Made by a program: the position numbers and the translations under genes
Shown: positions 8,739-18,566 of the stretch, in pieces
How the letters are laid out: each line of letters opens with the position of its first letter
Position numbering within the stretch: position 1 is the first letter of the stretch
The notes under the pieces: model-generated
What the model saw: the letters and a program-made list of their open reading frames with translations, nothing else
Databases searched by the model: none
Told to the model about the DNA's origin: nothing
Origin: a bacterium
Lineage (GTDB): Bacteria > Patescibacteriota > Minisyncoccia > Phycocordibacterales > UBA6899
Length of the DNA: 64,000 nt
NCBI GenBank assembly: GCA_043756865.1
Contig: JAYUQG010000005.1
Location: 40,614-104,613, forward strand
Direction of reading: 5' to 3'

Positions 8739-10370
8739 CTATTGTGTGAGCACAGGCAGTGCGGCACGGAATGTGGTTCCGACACCTACTTTACTTGTAA
8801 AAGTAAGGCTTCCTCCGTGATGCTCTGCGACACTTTTCGCCACGAACAAGCCAAGTCCGCTTCCGTCGGTGACAATCTTCACTGCGTTGGTGGCCCTGTA
8901 AAACTTAGAAAAAATATTTTTTTGCTCATGCTCGGGAATGCCTATGCCCGTATCGGTGATGCTAACCACCAGCGTATCTTCCTCCTGCGTAAGTCCAATA
9001 GTTACCTTTCCACCCTGTGGTGTGTAGCGCATTGCGTTTTCAAGAATATTCTCAAAAAGAAATCGTATTTTCTCAGGGTCTACAAGCACTTTGGGGTAAC
9101 CCCCCTCTCCTTGTGCTTCTGCTTGTGTGTAAATAAGTTCAATGCCTTTTCCCTTTGCGACGGGGGTAAAGTCGCCAAGCATACTCCTGAGAATATCTTC
9201 AAGCGCTAGTGCGTATAAAGTGAACTTCATTTTTCCACTCTCAATACGGGTAACGGTAAGCATGTCATCTACAAGTCTTATCATGCGATTATTACTCTCT
9301 TCGCCCTTGATGAGATATCCCTTTTGTTCAGGTGCAAGCTCACCTAGGTGTCCCTCAAGTAGTACACTAAAAATCCACCTGACTGCAGATAGGGGGGTGC
9401 GTAGCTGGTGAGCTGCTATCGAAAGGAATTCTGATTTAATTTTGTCGAGTTCTTGTAGCTTTTCATTCGCGACTGTCAGTTCCTTGCCTCGCTTAAGGAG
9501 TAGTGTTGCACGGTTATCCAGCTCTGCATTTGCCGCATTGAGTGTGATCACTTTTTCGTCTAATTCCTTGGTACGTTCATGTACCTGTGACTCCAGTCCT
9601 ATCGTATAGCTTTCTACGGTGCTCGCCATCTCATTGAATACTCGTGCGAGCTCTCCAATTTCGTCGCGAGAAGTGATGTTGGCACGCACCGTATGGTCTC
9701 CCTCCGAAAACCTTTTTGCAACCCCAATGAGTGCAAGTGTCGGCTTCGTGAGCATTCGAGCTATGAAGACTGAGACAATGATTGCGGTGACAAACAGCGT
9801 GAGCATAAAATACAGCACGCTCACGATGGTCTGTTCGATGATGAGCCCCACTCCTGCTATTTGCTCATCTACCTTTCTCCGTGACTCTAGTGCAAGCTCA
9901 TCAAGTGTTTGCGAAATGTCGCTTATGCGTGCATAGGTATTGAGGATTTGATTATTCAGTAATCCTGCCGCTTCACCTCGCAAGTTGAGTGACAACAGCA
10001 GATTAATTTCTCTGCCGAGCGATGCACCTTCCGTCATCACACTACGGTATTCAGGGCGGTCTTCTGAAATCGCGCCCTCCCCATTCACGAGTGCAGTTAA
10101 CTTCTGCTCAAGTAATTCATTGTCGCTAGCAATACGCTTGCGATATTCTTCTCCACTAATGGTGAGGTATTGGTCAAGATGGTTCTCCATATCCCTGACA
10201 ATTTGCTGCACCTCGATGATACGGTCTCGGAGTTCTTCACTCGGAGTGAGGCTGGCAACCACATTTTGTATTACGGTAAGTGAAAGAAATGCCCCAGCCA
10301 CCATAACAATCGCCAAGATCATGACAACAGCAAAGCCTGAAAGTATTTTTTCGCGTATGTTCCAATGCAT
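8739..10370 (-). CDS. HAMP-domain sensor histidine kinase
   Basis: Two TMs, HAMP (DEIGELARVFNEM), H-box AHQLRTPL, N-box ENAMRYT and G-boxes DTGIGI and GSGLGL. Confidence 0.95.
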   Translation of the reverse strand: MHWNIREKILSGFAVVMILAIVMVAGAFLSLTVIQNVVASLTPSEELRDRIIEVQQIVRDMENHLDQYLTISGEEYRKRIASDNELLEQKLTALVNGEGAISEDRPEYRSVMTEGASLGREINLLLSLNLRGEAAGLLNNQILNTYARISDISQTLDELALESRRKVDEQIAGVGLIIEQTIVSVLYFMLTLFVTAIIVSVFIARMLTKPTLALIGVAKRFSEGDHTVRANITSRDEIGELARVFNEMASTVESYTIGLESQVHERTKELDEKVITLNAANAELDNRATLLLKRGKELTVANEKLQELDKIKSEFLSIAAHQLRTPLSAVRWIFSVLLEGHLGELAPEQKGYLIKGEESNNRMIRLVDDMLTVTRIESGKMKFTLYALALEDILRSMLGDFTPVAKGKGIELIYTQAEAQGEGGYPKVLVDPEKIRFLFENILENAMRYTPQGGKVTIGLTQEEDTLVVSITDTGIGIPEHEQKNIFSKFYRATNAVKIVTDGSGLGLFVAKSVAEHHGGSLTFTSKVGVGTTFRAALPVLTQ

Positions 10371-10387
10371 GATGTTATTTCGAATGA

Positions 10388-11461
10388 CTACTTCGCAACT
10401 TGAGCGTTCTTGAGAATATTGGGTGGAAGCACAATGCCGAGCTTTTCTGCAAGTACGAGATTGACATACAGTGCTCCTTTTTCATTTTTCACAATAGGAA
10501 TACTTGCAGGGCTGGTGCCGTCGAGAATACGAAGGGTAGTAACCCCTGCCCACTCTCCCTGTTCGTTGGGAATTTTGGTTATTCCGAGTACCGACTCCTT
10601 CATCGTCCAAGGGTTGGTTGTTCCGACCGGTACGCGTATGTTTGCTTTGGCGAATTCCTCTGCTGCATTGTCGTTCCAGTCAAGAATTCCTGCGTTATTT
10701 TCAAAAATTATCAGGTCAGTCTCACTCTGGAGTGCGAGAAATGCCTTTTTCCATGACTCCATGTCTTTCACAAAGTAAGATTTTTCAAATTTCAAAGCAA
10801 AAAGTTTTTCGTAGTAGGTAAGGTTTTTTCTCTCCGTTTCGGTATCCGCAGAAAGGTATCCAAGGCGGTCACCCTTTGTGAATGGCTTGAGGTGGTCAAT
10901 AATTTGGGTGGTCAGACTTACCTCAACCATTCCTGTGGTGTTGGTATATGGGGCGCCGTACCCTGATGCGTCCCAATTTAACCCCACAAACACTACAGGG
11001 AGGGGAGCATCCTTGTAGGACTCCTGCACTATGTACTTAAATGCGTTGTCGTCAGAGACAATGAGTACATCGGGAAGAAATGTTTTGATTTCCGCCGCCG
11101 CTCTTGCCGCCGCCGCTTTTTTCCATTCTTCGGTGGGATTGCGCTTTGTGTCCATGCGTACGACACGCAACTCTACACCCGAACCTGCTAATTCCTTTTT
11201 GATTCCCGTGGTAATCCCATCACTCCACTCATAACCCTCGTGATAGGAGTCTATGAAGAGGATCTTTTTCCCCATATATTTTTCTGCCACGAGCGGAGTT
11301 TCCACGGTAGTGGGGGAGACAGTGGGAGTCTTAAAAGAAATAAACATATACGCACCAAACAAAAGTACGCAAAGTAAGCCAATGATTACATAAACCTTTG
11401 ATGAATTCATGCTTTGCTGTTCGACTGCTTGCGTTGGGGGAACCGTAGGCTCTGTTTCCAT
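10388..11461 (-). CDS. Membrane-anchored ABC-type substrate-binding (sensor) protein
   Basis: N-terminal TM; ILFIDSYHEGYEWS, PDVLIVSDDNA, PVVFVGLN and VNLVLAEKLGI motifs. Start set at METEPT (11461). Confidence 0.85.
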   Translation of the reverse strand: METEPTVPPTQAVEQQSMNSSKVYVIIGLLCVLLFGAYMFISFKTPTVSPTTVETPLVAEKYMGKKILFIDSYHEGYEWSDGITTGIKKELAGSGVELRVVRMDTKRNPTEEWKKAAAARAAAEIKTFLPDVLIVSDDNAFKYIVQESYKDAPLPVVFVGLNWDASGYGAPYTNTTGMVEVSLTTQIIDHLKPFTKGDRLGYLSADTETERKNLTYYEKLFALKFEKSYFVKDMESWKKAFLALQSETDLIIFENNAGILDWNDNAAEEFAKANIRVPVGTTNPWTMKESVLGITKIPNEQGEWAGVTTLRILDGTSPASIPIVKNEKGALYVNLVLAEKLGIVLPPNILKNAQVAK

Positions 11462-11683
11462 ATAAAAAGAAAATTTATAATTACTTGCGCTCTGATCGGC
11501 CCTTATGAGGGGATCATACATAAAAATTATAGCATGGTAAGTACAATAATGGGGAAAGTGTTCCCCACTTAAGAGGGGACCTGCATACGAGGGGTACTTA
11601 GGCCCTCTTTGCATGTCTTTGAGAAGAAAAATACCAGCGGAGAAAAAAACTATACAGGTAATTATTAGCCAGTCAGCAGGACC

Positions 11684-12044
11684 TGTGGGCGATAGAGGAA
11701 TGTCGACCCTTACAGGGTCAGTACCCCTTTCACCACGGAGAGTGCTTTATTTTTCTAAGACGGAGTACCGTTAAGAAAAATTAGTCGCCCATTTTTACAG
11801 ATTAGGAAATCCTTAAAAATATGGGAGAAGGGCTTCGACTCCTCTGGCAAAAGCCAAGCAGTTTTGGGGGAGTCGGTCACGAGTCACTAAGTTTTTTAGC
11901 GCAAAGCCTAACTAAAAAACAAAGTGCTCTCGACCCCGGCTCGCCATCTCGCCAGGCCTCGATATTGGCTTGCGCCTTTCGACTCCTCTATCGCACGCAC
12001 AATGGAAAAGCAAAAGCACTCCTACGGAGTGCTTTTAGCCATTG
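11684..12044. repeat. tRNA-Val downstream modular repeat region
   Basis: Direct copy of the tRNA 3' end at 11684, inverted T-arm copies at ~11834 and 11978, and modules shared with other tRNA loci. Confidence 0.85.
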
Positions 12045-12117
12045 TGGGCGATAGAGGAGTCGAACCTCTGACATCCACTACGTCAAAGTGGCGCTCTACC
12101 AACTGAGCTAACCGCCC
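12045..12117 (-). tRNA. tRNA-Val(GAC)
   Basis: GGGCGGTTAGCTCAGTTGGTAGAGCG-CCACT-TTGACGT-AGTGG-ATGTC-AGAGG-TTCGACT-CCTCT-ATCGCCC-A; CCA not encoded. Confidence 0.96.
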
Positions 12118-12233
12118 AACTTTTTAGAACGTACTTATGCTTCCACGCGTTACCTACCAAAACAGCATAACCGCCTATTTTCAGAACATGCCTATGCTTT
12201 CACGCGTTGCGTACTAAAACAGCATAACTGCCC
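12118..12233. repeat. Two ~58-bp tandem degenerate repeats containing copies of the tRNA-Val 5' end
   Basis: Both units share AGAAC..C.TATGCTT.CACGCGTT.C.TAC.AAAACAGCATAAC.GCC. Confidence 0.75.
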
Positions 12234-12400
12234 TTAATATTAGGATACTAGCACACCTGTTTTTGTTGAACAATATGCCTATAATTCTCGCTTTTCCCCG
12301 CTTTGTTAGCTATTTGACAACTTGCTTGCAATATTTCAAAAGGGGTATAACCTAAAAACAGGCTGTAGTCTTTCAATTTTCTTTGAAAAGGGGAATAGAC

Positions 12401-14035
12401 GTGAAGAACAATCTTCTCTGTGCCGTAAGGCTCTCCGCAGTCTTCATACTGCTTGCGGTTACCCAAGCGTGTGCGCAAACACCAGCAGAACGTGCAGGTA
12501 TTCTGTCACTCAAGGCGATTTCGCTAACCAGTGCCACGTGCAACATCTATCCGGCAATGAGCGATGTGCCGGCATGCGTGGATAAGGTTGTGCGCAAGAT
12601 TCTCATCGACCGCGATGTGAATCCTGAGCGCACTGAAGAGCTAATTCGTGAGCAAGCTGCGGCTGCTCCGACAAAGCATCCACCCAAGTTTAGAGACCTG
12701 TTGCGTAGCAAGGAGCAACTTGCGCAGCGTGTGCACGTGTACAAGCTTTTGGACATCATCGATGCTGCGTGTGCCGTCCCACCCGCCATTACAGATTTCG
12801 AGAAGTGCATGGATGCTGCGTATCACAGCATCCTCACGGCGCGCGACCCTCATTCTGCGTACTTTAATGAAGCTGAGCTGCTCGAGTTCCGAAGACAGAT
12901 GAGTGGAAACCTTCAAGGCATCGGTATTGAAATCGGACTAGCCGGCGACAAGTCCATCGGCGTCGTGCGCGTGATGGAAGGTTCGCCTGCGGAGAAGTCG
13001 GGAATACAAGACGGTGACCGCATTGTTACCATCATCAACGGCGATGTGCGTGAGCCCGTGTCTTCGTTTCCGCACATCGGTGAAGCCATTAAGAAAGTAA
13101 AGGGTGAGCCGAACACCAGCGTCACTCTGGAAATTCTTCGTGGTGAAGCAGATCAGAAGCTTACGCTTACTGTCGTACGCGCTGCTATTGCGGTTCCCCA
13201 TGTAAAGTCCGAAATTCTTTCGCTTCCAAATGACCCGAAAACGCAGTTTGCGTATATTCGACTCACTCAGTTCGGAAGCACACTTCGTCAGCAAATGGTG
13301 GATGCGGTCAAGGGAGTCCTCAAGACGAACCCAAACCTGAAGGGTTTCATATTCGACGTACGCGGTAACCCTGGGGGTGATCTCGGGCAGGCACACGAGG
13401 CCTCCGATGCCCTCGTGAACAGCCCTGAGCCACTTATCTCCATCCGAGATAATTTGGGTGTGCATGCGTATGGAACAGCATCAGACGAACGCATGCCTGA
13501 ACCGCAACCGGGTGACATCACGAACGGTCTTCCGATTGCAGTTCTGATCAATGGGCGTTCTGCTTCTGCATCAGAGATCTTTGCGGGAATCCTTCAGGAA
13601 CTTGAGCGTTCGGTGACGATGGGCGAACCCTCGTGGCAAAAAGGCTCCGTGCAACGCGTCACTCCACTAAGCGATCGGACTGCAACGAAGACGACGGAAG
13701 CTGAGTACTTGATCGGCTCACCAGCAAAGTGGGTTGCCGTGCAGTGCTTCGGGGTCACTCCCGATATCCCGTATGTGTCCGAAGGCACGATCAGTCCAGC
13801 CGTTACAAAGAATGATTGTGACTTTGATGGTTCAATCACCTCCGGCGGAGCTTCAAGCCACCCTGGTCGTGTGCGCGCACCACTTGCCGAGCGCAATCCT
13901 GCACTCTATGCAATGGGGCTGCAAATGCTCGAAGCGGTCAAAGTTCTTGACCACAAGACATTTGTTCGGTTTGAACGCATCAAAAAGATGCTAAAAATCA
14001 AAGATCCGGTAAAGTCTCAGACTCCGGAAGAATAA
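12401..14035 (+). CDS. S41A carboxy-terminal processing protease (CtpA/Prc family)
   Basis: Signal peptide, DPHSAY, GIGIEI PDZ, DVRGNPGG, catalytic ASASE and KGSVQ. Confidence 0.93.
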   Translation: MKNNLLCAVRLSAVFILLAVTQACAQTPAERAGILSLKAISLTSATCNIYPAMSDVPACVDKVVRKILIDRDVNPERTEELIREQAAAAPTKHPPKFRDLLRSKEQLAQRVHVYKLLDIIDAACAVPPAITDFEKCMDAAYHSILTARDPHSAYFNEAELLEFRRQMSGNLQGIGIEIGLAGDKSIGVVRVMEGSPAEKSGIQDGDRIVTIINGDVREPVSSFPHIGEAIKKVKGEPNTSVTLEILRGEADQKLTLTVVRAAIAVPHVKSEILSLPNDPKTQFAYIRLTQFGSTLRQQMVDAVKGVLKTNPNLKGFIFDVRGNPGGDLGQAHEASDALVNSPEPLISIRDNLGVHAYGTASDERMPEPQPGDITNGLPIAVLINGRSASASEIFAGILQELERSVTMGEPSWQKGSVQRVTPLSDRTATKTTEAEYLIGSPAKWVAVQCFGVTPDIPYVSEGTISPAVTKNDCDFDGSITSGGASSHPGRVRAPLAERNPALYAMGLQMLEAVKVLDHKTFVRFERIKKMLKIKDPVKSQTPEE

Positions 14036-14093
14036 GACCAGCAAAAACCCCCGCTTAGGCGGGGATTTTCTTTTTAAATGCAATATTTCATTT

Positions 14094-15017
14094 TTATTTT
14101 GTGTGCAGGTGCATATAGATATCCTCAAGCGCAAGTACTGCGTCTCCTGCAGCAATATTGTTTTGGTGATAGAGGACGTCGGTGCAGTCTCCCGCAGCCC
14201 AAATGCCGGGAGTCTTGGTCGCTTGTGTGCGCGGGTCGGTGACCACTTGTCCGTATGCATTAAGTTCAACAAGGCCTTTTACATAGTCGGTGGCAGGCAC
14301 AAGTCCAACTTCCACGAAGATTCCTCCGCAAGGGATTTCCTTGACTTGGCCGTCATTCATATCCTTGTACACCATAGTGGTCACAAAGTTTTCACCCCTG
14401 ACTTCGACAAGCTCAGTGTTGGTGATGCCTTTCATTTTGGGATTCGAAAGTACTTTTTGTACGGTCACGGGGTCAGCGCGATACTCTGCGCCTCGTTGGA
14501 GCAGTGTGACTGATTTCGTGTATGCCAGTAGTTGGGCGGCAGTCTCAAACCCTGCATTGCCACCACCGATGACCACCACGTCCTTTCCGGCAAAAAGTGG
14601 TCCATCACATGAAGCACAATAGGTAATTCCTTTGTTTTCATATTCTGCAGCACCGGGGATTTCAAGCTTGCGACGCTTGCTTCCAGACGCAATCAATACG
14701 GTTTTTGTCTCGTGCGTCGCACCCGCATCAGTGGTGACTTTGAAGAATTCTCCAGACTTCTCGATTTTCGTGACGAGTTCATGCTCCTTGATCTCAACAA
14801 CATCTGATTTATACGCCTCGAGGTGTGCCTTCAGGTCCTCTGCGAGCTTCGTGCCGGGGATATTGATAGTCCCAATCCAGTTCTGAATACCGTCAGACAC
14901 AGTGGACTGTCCGCCCCACTCATACGTTACAAAAAGTGTTTTAAGTCGTTTGCGAGCCGCATAGACACCTGCTGCTACTCCCGCCGGACCCCCACCTATG
15001 ATAATTAAATCAAACAT
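14094..15017 (-). CDS. trxB: Thioredoxin reductase-family FAD oxidoreductase
   Basis: GGGPAG, YCASCDG, GGGNAG and WAAGD motifs. Confidence 0.9.
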   Translation of the reverse strand: MFDLIIIGGGPAGVAAGVYAARKRLKTLFVTYEWGGQSTVSDGIQNWIGTINIPGTKLAEDLKAHLEAYKSDVVEIKEHELVTKIEKSGEFFKVTTDAGATHETKTVLIASGSKRRKLEIPGAAEYENKGITYCASCDGPLFAGKDVVVIGGGNAGFETAAQLLAYTKSVTLLQRGAEYRADPVTVQKVLSNPKMKGITNTELVEVRGENFVTTMVYKDMNDGQVKEIPCGGIFVEVGLVPATDYVKGLVELNAYGQVVTDPRTQATKTPGIWAAGDCTDVLYHQNNIAAGDAVLALEDIYMHLHTK

Positions 15018-15062
15018 AATAGATAAATTTTACTAAATTATAACACTGTAATAGATCTCGCA

Positions 15063-15186
15063 CTTCGATAAAAATTTAGATGAGTTGCGAGGCGACGAGA
15101 TGCAATGCGTGCATGCTGTACGAGTTGTACTGCTTGTGCGCATTGCATTGAAGTCAACAAAGCAAATCGCTGAATTTTTATCGAAG
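15063..15186 (+). repeat. Long structured hairpin element overlapping the ftsZ stop codon
   Basis: CTTCGATAAAAATT/AATTTTTATCGAAG terminal arms, ATGCAATGCG/CGCATTGCAT inner stem and a GAGGCG..CAACAAAG internal loop. Confidence 0.8.
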
Positions 15187-16440
15187 CTTTGAGCGACGGA
15201 GGAAGGAAGGTATAACTCCAAGATCATCATCATCCTCATCCTCTTCAATAAACTTTGGAGTTTCTTGCTCACGCTTTACCGAAATAGTACGTTGCTTCTC
15301 TTCGGGGACAGTGTTAAAGATGGCACGCTCAGCATCGTTTTTGTCCTTTCGCACTGCGTCAGAAAATTTTTCTTCATGTCGTGCAAACAATGTCTCGTCC
15401 TTTTCCTCAGCTTCGACTTCTTCACGCGCAGGTGGAGCCTCCTTTTCTCGTTCACGCTCTCTTGCCTGCGCAGCTTTGCGATTACGTCCGTCAGGGAAGC
15501 CCGACGCAATAACGGTAATTTTCAGCTCGCCTTTGCGGAGTTTTGGATCAATAATAGCTCCAAAGATGACACGCGCGTTTACGTCTGTCGACTCCGTGAT
15601 AACCTTAGCGGCTTCCTGAACCTCGTTCATGGTCATGTCTTCACCGCCTGCGATTGCAAAGAGTACTCCGCGGGCACCATTGATTGATACGTCGAGTAAT
15701 GGGGAGTTGATGGCGATACGCGCCGCATCCACAGCACGGTTCTCGCCCGAGGAAAGCCCGATACCCATGAGTGCGGTACCTGCATCCGCCATGATCGCTT
15801 TAATGTCAGCAAAGTCGACATTAATAAGTCCCGGAGTCGTGATGAGGTCAGATATGCCCTCGACTGCTTGTCGGAGGACTTCATCGCACTGGGCAAACGC
15901 GGTGAGCACGGTGGTGTCTTTTGAGGAATTCAACAGTTTGTCATTCGGAATAACAATTAGTGCATCCACCTCAGCCTCGAGTGCTTCAAGCCCTTTGTCG
16001 GCAAGAAACATGCGCTGTGTTCCTTCAAAAAAGAAAGGCTTTGTGACCACGCCTATCGTGAGCGCATTGAGCTCGCGCGCAGTACGTGCAAATACCGGTG
16101 ATGCGCCTGTACCCGTACCTCCACCCATCCCGCTTGCAATGAAGACCATGTCGGCACCCTTGAGCGCCTCTTGAATTTCCTCTTTGGTTTCCTCGGCAGC
16201 ACGCCTTCCGAGCTCAGGGTTCATGCCCGTACCTAAGCCTCTGGTTAGGTTTTTTCCGATGTGAATTTTCTTGCCGGCAAGCGAATTGTGCAAATCTTGC
16301 GCATCCGTGTTTGCGACAATGAACTCGACCCCTCCCACCTTCGAGCGCACCATGTGGTTGACTGCGTTGCGGCCGGAACCTCCGACACCAACAACTTTGA
16401 TGCGCGCAAATGCTTCTATCTCCGGATTGACTTTGGGCAT
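15178..16440 (-). CDS. ftsZ: Cell division protein FtsZ
   Basis: GMGGGTGTG tubulin signature, NVDFADI and C-terminal IPSFLRR. Confidence 0.99.
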   Translation of the reverse strand: MPKVNPEIEAFARIKVVGVGGSGRNAVNHMVRSKVGGVEFIVANTDAQDLHNSLAGKKIHIGKNLTRGLGTGMNPELGRRAAEETKEEIQEALKGADMVFIASGMGGGTGTGASPVFARTARELNALTIGVVTKPFFFEGTQRMFLADKGLEALEAEVDALIVIPNDKLLNSSKDTTVLTAFAQCDEVLRQAVEGISDLITTPGLINVDFADIKAIMADAGTALMGIGLSSGENRAVDAARIAINSPLLDVSINGARGVLFAIAGGEDMTMNEVQEAAKVITESTDVNARVIFGAIIDPKLRKGELKITVIASGFPDGRNRKAAQAREREREKEAPPAREEVEAEEKDETLFARHEEKFSDAVRKDKNDAERAIFNTVPEEKQRTISVKREQETPKFIEEDEDDDDLGVIPSFLRRSKLR

Positions 16441-16554
16441 GATAATAATTAATTGGGGCGCCTCCTCATGGCACCAGATTACTCAGTAATACATAGGAGT
16501 ATATCAAATCAGGCTCTGAAAGAGAACAAATGGTGCATTGCCGACTGCACGCGT

Positions 16555-17733
16555 TTATGGCATGAGTTGCTTGAGCAGATTTCCCAAGGATTCTTTTATG
16601 TGTTGAAACATTCCCGCTCCTGCCTGGAGTGACGGTCGGTCGTTTGTCGCTCCCCAAATTGCGAGCCCGTAAGCCACAAACCATGATGTGTCTTTGACTT
16701 GTTTCTTCGATTTTGGGTTATTGGGAAAATCAATATTTGAAACGGGAATCTTGGAAGGTAATCGGGTTGCCGCACGAGCAAAGTCCTCGATGGTTTCAAT
16801 GCCTGAGCCGCCTCCCGTGAGGACAATACCCGCAGGAAGCAACTCGTGTTTCCCGATGCGCTTTAAGTGCGCAATCACAAGACTAAACATGTCTTCAAGG
16901 CGGGAGAGAATAATGTCGTTTAGTTTTTTCTTCGGGAACTCGTGGCTACCTCTTCCAAGTTTGATTAGCTCTGCTTCTTCGAGTGGAATTTTGAGTCCGA
17001 GTGCGATGTCGTTGGTGATGTTTGTAGATCCAATAGGGAAGACCTCGAGCGAAATGGGTATTCCGTCTTCGTATACCACAAGCGAGATCGTTTCCGCACC
17101 AATGTTGGCAAGCACTACTCCTGCCATGCGCTGTGCTTTGGTGAGTGCCACAAATGATGCAGCGATAGGGGAGGCGCAAGCGTCAATGGGTTCAATCCCT
17201 GCTTCCTCAACTGCGCGTATCAAATCAGTGAGGTGCTGGTCAAGACATGCAATAATGAGGCACTTTGCTTCGAGCTTGAGTCCCTTCATGCCGGCAGGTC
17301 TTCCATATATCTTCTTGCCGTCAATCATGTATTCGATTGGTATGGTGTGGAGTATTTTTTTGTTTACTGCATTCTGCAGGTTCTGCTCACATGCACGATG
17401 TGCGCGCTCGACATCTGCTTCACTGATTTGTGAGTCTGCGCGCGAAATAATCGCAGCTCCTATTGCCTGTGTGCCTTCCAGTCCCACACCTCCGACAGAG
17501 AGGTATGCCTCGCGTATGTGTACTCCAGCGATTTGTTCAGCCTCTTCGACGGCAGCGCGAACGCTTTTGATGGCGTCAGCAATACTAATGATATAGCCGT
17601 GGCGAAGTCCGCGTGATTCGGATTTTCCCACTCCGATGATATGAGGTAGGCCTGTCCCTTCGGCATGCTCTGTAATTACCACGCGCACTGTGTGTGAGCC
17701 TATGTCTATTCCAGTGATGATACGTTTTGACAT
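16555..17733 (-). CDS. ftsA: Cell division protein FtsA
   Basis: GIDIGS and GIVLTGGGS motifs; directly upstream of ftsZ. Start set at MSKRII. Confidence 0.96.
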   Translation of the reverse strand: MSKRIITGIDIGSHTVRVVITEHAEGTGLPHIIGVGKSESRGLRHGYIISIADAIKSVRAAVEEAEQIAGVHIREAYLSVGGVGLEGTQAIGAAIISRADSQISEADVERAHRACEQNLQNAVNKKILHTIPIEYMIDGKKIYGRPAGMKGLKLEAKCLIIACLDQHLTDLIRAVEEAGIEPIDACASPIAASFVALTKAQRMAGVVLANIGAETISLVVYEDGIPISLEVFPIGSTNITNDIALGLKIPLEEAELIKLGRGSHEFPKKKLNDIILSRLEDMFSLVIAHLKRIGKHELLPAGIVLTGGGSGIETIEDFARAATRLPSKIPVSNIDFPNNPKSKKQVKDTSWFVAYGLAIWGATNDRPSLQAGAGMFQHIKESLGNLLKQLMP

Positions 17734-17775
17734 ATGGTAAGAAAAAGTGATATACGCCTCGTCCACAATCAGAAA

Positions 17776-18228
17776 TCAAAAAGTATTCTTGATGTTGAAT
17801 TTCGAGAGTAGCTCGTGCTCTTCACCTTCCATTGTAGCGCCATGCGCGAATCCTTTCAAATGGAGCATGGAGTGGATAAACAAAAGTCCTACGAAATAGC
17901 GATAGGATTCCTCACGTGCGGTGTGTTCACGCTCGGCTTGTTTGAGGTTGAGAAATATTTCGCCCGTCTTCGTGTCGATGGGAAATGACAGTACATTCGG
18001 TATATATGCCTTGTTGCGATGTGCAAGATTCAGCTTCTTGGATTGTGCGTCACCGACAATGACCAGCGACAGATCGTAGGCGCTACCCATAACGGTTCGC
18101 TTCATAAGCGAAAAAGGCAGGGTTGGTATCCTGTCTTTTGTCAGTTTGGTGAGACCAAAGCGACTACTTTCGCCCCATGTGTCCCTCGACTTTTTCGGGG
18201 ATCTTGCCAAGTTTTTTGAGTCGGTCAT
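17776..18228 (-). CDS. ybeY: rRNA maturation RNase YbeY
   Basis: PNVLSFP, GEIFL and HSMLHLKGFAH zinc motif. The start is uncertain and overlaps rpsU. Confidence 0.9.
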   Translation of the reverse strand: MTDSKNLARSPKKSRDTWGESSRFGLTKLTKDRIPTLPFSLMKRTVMGSAYDLSLVIVGDAQSKKLNLAHRNKAYIPNVLSFPIDTKTGEIFLNLKQAEREHTAREESYRYFVGLLFIHSMLHLKGFAHGATMEGEEHELLSKFNIKNTF

Positions 18229-18418
18229 AGCTCTTACGTTTGTCCATAGAAACCAAAGCACGGCGCTTTGTCTTCAACTTAGACATTTTACGCTCAAAAT
18301 ATCGCTCTTCGCGCACCTTCATAAGTGCTTTTGTGCCTTGCACGCGCTTTGTAAAGCGACGGATAATAGCAGCTCCTGACTCGCTCCCTTGTTTCTTAAC
18401 TTCAGCAATGATTTTCAT
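18164..18418 (-). CDS. rpsU: 30S ribosomal protein bS21
   Basis: Basic 84-aa protein with ES..AIIRRFTKRVQ...RYFERKMSK. Confidence 0.8.
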   Translation of the reverse strand: MKIIAEVKKQGSESGAAIIRRFTKRVQGTKALMKVREERYFERKMSKLKTKRRALVSMDKRKSYDRLKKLGKIPEKVEGHMGRK

Positions 18419-18566
18419 ACGTGGGGAAATCCTATCATGGGGTTATTTTTAACGCAATATCAAACACTCTGGGCATGCAAACTCGGGAGAAATCCGAAGT
18501 CACCCGTCTCTGTGGTAGATAGTACGGGGTCTTGGGGTTTCTCTTTTTGTTCAAAGATTTCAATTG

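Noticed and set aside
16688-17596. 302-aa plus-strand ORF and similar long antisense ORFs in the RND gene, ftsZ, infB and clpB
   Set aside because: Shadow frames of well-supported genes on the opposite strand.
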